From assembly GCA_038087875.1 (NCBI GenBank), contig CM075980.1, positions 69,998,001 through 70,062,000 of the forward strand: a stretch of 64,000 bases of DNA, given 5' to 3'. The notes under the pieces are model-generated. The model ran no database searches. It was not told the origin of the DNA and saw nothing but the letters and a program-made list of their open reading frames with translations. Within the stretch, counting starts at the first letter, position 1. Each line of letters opens with the position of its first letter. Shown piece after piece: positions 61,870 through 64,000 of the stretch. A program made the position numbers and the translations under genes. Source of the stretch: Malacoraja senta. Its lineage: Eukaryota.

Positions 61870-62225
61870 GAACCTATTTCTTTTCTCCAGAGATGCTGCC
61901 TGACTCAGTAAGTTACCCCAGCACTTTGTGTCCATCTCCCATTTTAAGAGGCTCGTTGCCAAAACAAGTAATATATTAGGTCCACAAAAATGCTGGAGAA
62001 ACTCAGCGGGTGCAGCAGCATCTATGGAGCGAAGGAAATAGGTAACGTTTCGGGCCGAAACCCTTCTTAGGTCTATTGGCTGAACCATTGTTGGTGTACA
62101 TGGAATGTATGAAGAAAGTGTGGAAAAAGGAACCAAAGATAAGCGCAAAATGCTGGAGTAACTCAGTGGGTCAGGCAGCATCATTGGAGAAAATGGATGG
62201 GTGATGTTTTAGATCGGGTTCCTGC
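61870..62225. mobile_element. Cluster of three Penelope terminal units
   Basis: 61870-61935 (+); 61983-62070 (-, aacgtttcgggccgaaacccttctt); 62138-62225 (-). Confidence 0.75.
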
Positions 62226-63189
62226 ATCAGTCTTAAGGGATAGGGGCCCGTATGTGTTTAGCCTGAAGAAGAAAGTTTATCCTTCACTGAAACAAAAAAA
62301 TCTGGTCATTGTTTTGCAAGTTTTAGTTCATTAGGTACATATATGCTGTCCTAATTCCTACATCTCAGCCTCAAAATTCAACTTTATTGAGTGGTTTAGG
62401 ATTCTGAGCTCGTGAAAGATGCCTGCAAAATGCAAAGTTTTCTACCCCAAGAATCTGACTCACGCCATTTTTTTGCTTCTCATTTGTTATCATCCCACCT
62501 GTTTAAAAAGAAGCTTGAAGCTCCCAGACAGGGTGCAGTTTCGTTTAGAAGTAATGAGGCAATTGAAGAGAAATGGCTCATTATTGCCTCAGAGAAACAC
62601 TTAAGAGATATTTTTAAATATACGTGAAAGAGAAAATGAATCTTTGCAGTGCAGGCAATAATAGGGTTTGCAGAACGAGAGGTAATAACACATCAACAGA
62701 GCCACTGGGAGCCCTGCAAACCTATCGCATCAGCAGGATCAGATTTACTCAAGAATAAGAGGACAATAAGGTTGGTTAGAAAATCAAATGGTACTCATTC
62801 CACTGGGAACGTGGGCCTACCTCACAGATTTGTCTTGGAAATCTAAAGTGGTGGTTACTATTATTGCAGAATCCTTCTGCAATAAGTATTATGTATTATA
62901 CTGTGGGGTATATTTTGTTTCTTTCAGACCAGAAAGATAACCATTATTTTTCCAGTGCATCCTAAATCAACTAATATCTGTCAAGGTCACAAAGCAAAAG
63001 ACTCGTAGGGTCTAAGCTATGGTCTCGACCCAAAACATCTTTGTTATCCATGTCCAATGATATCCATGTCCTCCAGAGATGCTGCCTGACTTGCTGACTA
63101 ACTCCAGCACTTTGTGTTTCACACAAGATTACAACATCTACAGTTCCTTGTGTCTAATTGTAGACTTTATTAAATTCACACAGTTCATG

Positions 63190-63640
63190 TTCATAAGGTA
63201 TAGGAGCAGAATTAAGCAATTCAGACAATCCAGTGGGTGGGAGATTGCAACCTTCACGTGGTCCACCCTGTTTCGACAAATGCAATCAACCTGGTGTGCA
63301 CAATCAAATAAGATCAAATAGAACAGGTTGTCCTACAACTTTAGGCTGTGCACGCCATACGCAAGAAGAAGAAGAAGCCCATCAAGTCTACTCCGCCATT
63401 CAATCATGGCAGATTTATCTTTCCCTCTCAACCCCATTCTCCCCATAACCCCTGACACCCGTACTAGTCAAGAATCTACCCATCTCTGCCTTAAAAATAT
63501 CCACTGCCCTGGCCTCCACAGCCTTCTATGAATTCCACAGATTCACCACCCTCTGACTAAAAAAATTCCTCCATCGTAAACATATCCATTGACTTGGCCT
63601 CCACAGCCGTCTGTGGAAATTCCTCCTCATCTCCTCCCTA
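63190..63640 (-). mobile_element. CR1 3'UTR fragments with an unknown (GAA)n-tailed insertion at about 63228-63377
   Basis: aggagcagaattaagcaattc..|..cccatcaagtctactccgccattc continues across the insert. Confidence 0.75.
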
Positions 63641-64000
63641 ATCAATGTCTAATTAAAGCCCTGACGCTTCTGCTGATGTGTGCACTAACACGGTCCTTTC
63701 AAAGCTGCCATTTTAGCATGTATAATTATTTTGCTGCAGAAAACAGACAGAACTACACACTGTTCAGCTGAAGAAACCAGGGAGATAATTTGTGATCCCA
63801 ACCTGTTCTAGGGCGTATGCTTTTGTTGAGGAACATCGGGTTTTTAAGCAATACACAATGGACAGTGATTTACTTGTTGTCTTCAGTGCAAGACTTTATA
63901 ATATACCTTTAAGCACTGAACGAGCTTTTCTCTGAATGTTGATATTCTGACCCTTTTGGACAGCAGAATCACATGTGGTGCCTGCTTCAATGGAACAGTC

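Overview
Repeat-dense vertebrate genomic DNA with one assembly gap (34621-34767). It is most likely from an elasmobranch (skate, ray or shark), inferred from the HE1-type V-SINE and HER1-type CR1 LINE pair. I could not recognise any host protein-coding exon. Every ORF with a recognisable protein is transposon-derived: CR1, Rex1/Babar, L2/Crack-like, Tx1, Penelope GIY-YIG and Tc1 transposase. The window looks like a large intron or gene desert, with repeat-free AT-rich islands that resemble conserved non-coding enhancers. Main observations: (1) More than 25 short Penelope-derived insertions carry an intact or degraded minimal hammerhead-ribozyme motif (CTGAAGA-A-GGGTCTCGACCC-GAAAC-GTC). Many are fold-back elements with their own 8-14 bp TSDs that turn at or next to this motif. 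(2) A GC-rich non-coding retroposon family has the same body joined to either a Rex1-type or an L2-type 3' tail. (3) Four PIF/Harbinger MITEs share one TIR but have unrelated interiors. (4) A full-length IR/DR Tc1 has a mutated catalytic E. (5) A 1-kb TAG...CTA element has a 7-bp TSD. (6) There are several short-range local duplications, two of them inverted. Family names come from motif recognition without database searches; boundaries of degraded repeats are approximate (about +/-20 bp).
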